A stretch of 64,000 nt of DNA from a virus (Duplodnaviria; Caudoviricetes), in the IMG/VR virus record IMGVR_UViG_3300050509_000415, positions 5,253 through 69,252 of that record. The stretch is one strand, 5' to 3'. How positions within the stretch are numbered: the first letter of the stretch is position 1; the number at the start of each line of letters is the position of its first letter. The notes beneath the pieces were generated by a model. The model did not search any database, had not been told where the DNA came from, and saw nothing but the letters and a program-made list of their open reading frames with translations. Positions 63,672-64,000 of this stretch are shown here, one piece after another. The translations under genes and the position numbers were made by a program.

Positions 63672-64000
63672 GGTTTCACCCGCTTCAATGCCGCGCTGGC
63701 GGCGGCCCGCGTCTTATTTCCGACCAGGCCGTCGAGCGTCAGCCCGTGCTCGCCCTGGAAGAGAACCGTGGCGGTCTCGGTTGCGGGACCGAAGATGCCG
63801 TCGCACGCAAGGTGTGCGCCGAGCTGGTTAAGCACCATCTGCCAGGCCTTAACCTCGGGTCCACGGTCGCCCCGGTGCAGGGTCGAAGCCTTGAGGGGTA
63901 CGATCGAGCCGAGAACTTTGCCGACGACCGTCTTGAACGTGGCGGCCGAGCCGGGCATGGGCTCGTTTAGGGCGACATACTGAGCGTGGACGGCGGCGGA
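63668..64000 (-). CDS. C-terminal part of a peptidoglycan-binding-domain protein (second endolysin candidate; 5' end outside the window)
   Basis: TLHRGDRGPEVKAWQMVLN...CDGIFGPATETATVLFQGEHGLTLDGLVG. The frame is open to the window edge. Confidence 0.8.
   Translation of the reverse strand, partial: SAAVHAQYVALNEPMPGSAATFKTVVGKVLGSIVPLKASTLHRGDRGPEVKAWQMVLNQLGAHLACDGIFGPATETATVLFQGEHGLTLDGLVGNKTRAAASAALKRVKP

Noticed and set aside
1-64000. tRNA, rRNA, integrase, transposase or canonical cas genes
   Set aside because: None was recognised by eye. A tRNAscan-SE or HMM run would be needed to exclude them formally.

Overview
This window is a continuous ~64 kb segment of a GC-rich tailed dsDNA phage or prophage genome, and both ends cut genes. 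(i) 1-15.9 kb, minus strand: a replication/recombination block with RecA-like recombinase, SSB with an acidic IPF tail, UvsY-like mediator, Endo VII nuclease, family-B DNA polymerase, frameshifted HNH, sigma-70-type factor, DnaG-type primase, DnaB-type helicase, small ORFs, a Gly-Tyr/Asn/Asp repeat protein and a ParB-like protein. (ii) 16.4-22.7 kb, mostly plus strand: accessory genes (DUF559 nuclease, lipoprotein, HslV/proteasome-like Ntn hydrolase, Ead/Ea22-like, PAPS-reductase-family), followed by a metallophosphoesterase. (iii) 24.9-64 kb, minus strand: a podovirus-like virion and lysis block with portal, scaffold, major capsid, adaptor, nozzle, three large ejection-type proteins, a tailspike and many accessory virion proteins, interrupted by four plus-strand insertions. 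One insertion resembles Polyangiaceae (myxobacterial) proteins, which suggests the host. The standout is the insertion at 26115-26827. A TTGACA promoter is followed by a 100-nt array of 20 five-base units (mostly GGY, then a variable NN) and then a 190-aa protein with RAMP/Cas7-like motifs. Together these look like a compact, non-CRISPR RNA-guided system. No tRNA, rRNA, CRISPR array, integrase or terminase was recognised. All family assignments come from motif recognition by eye, with no database searches.
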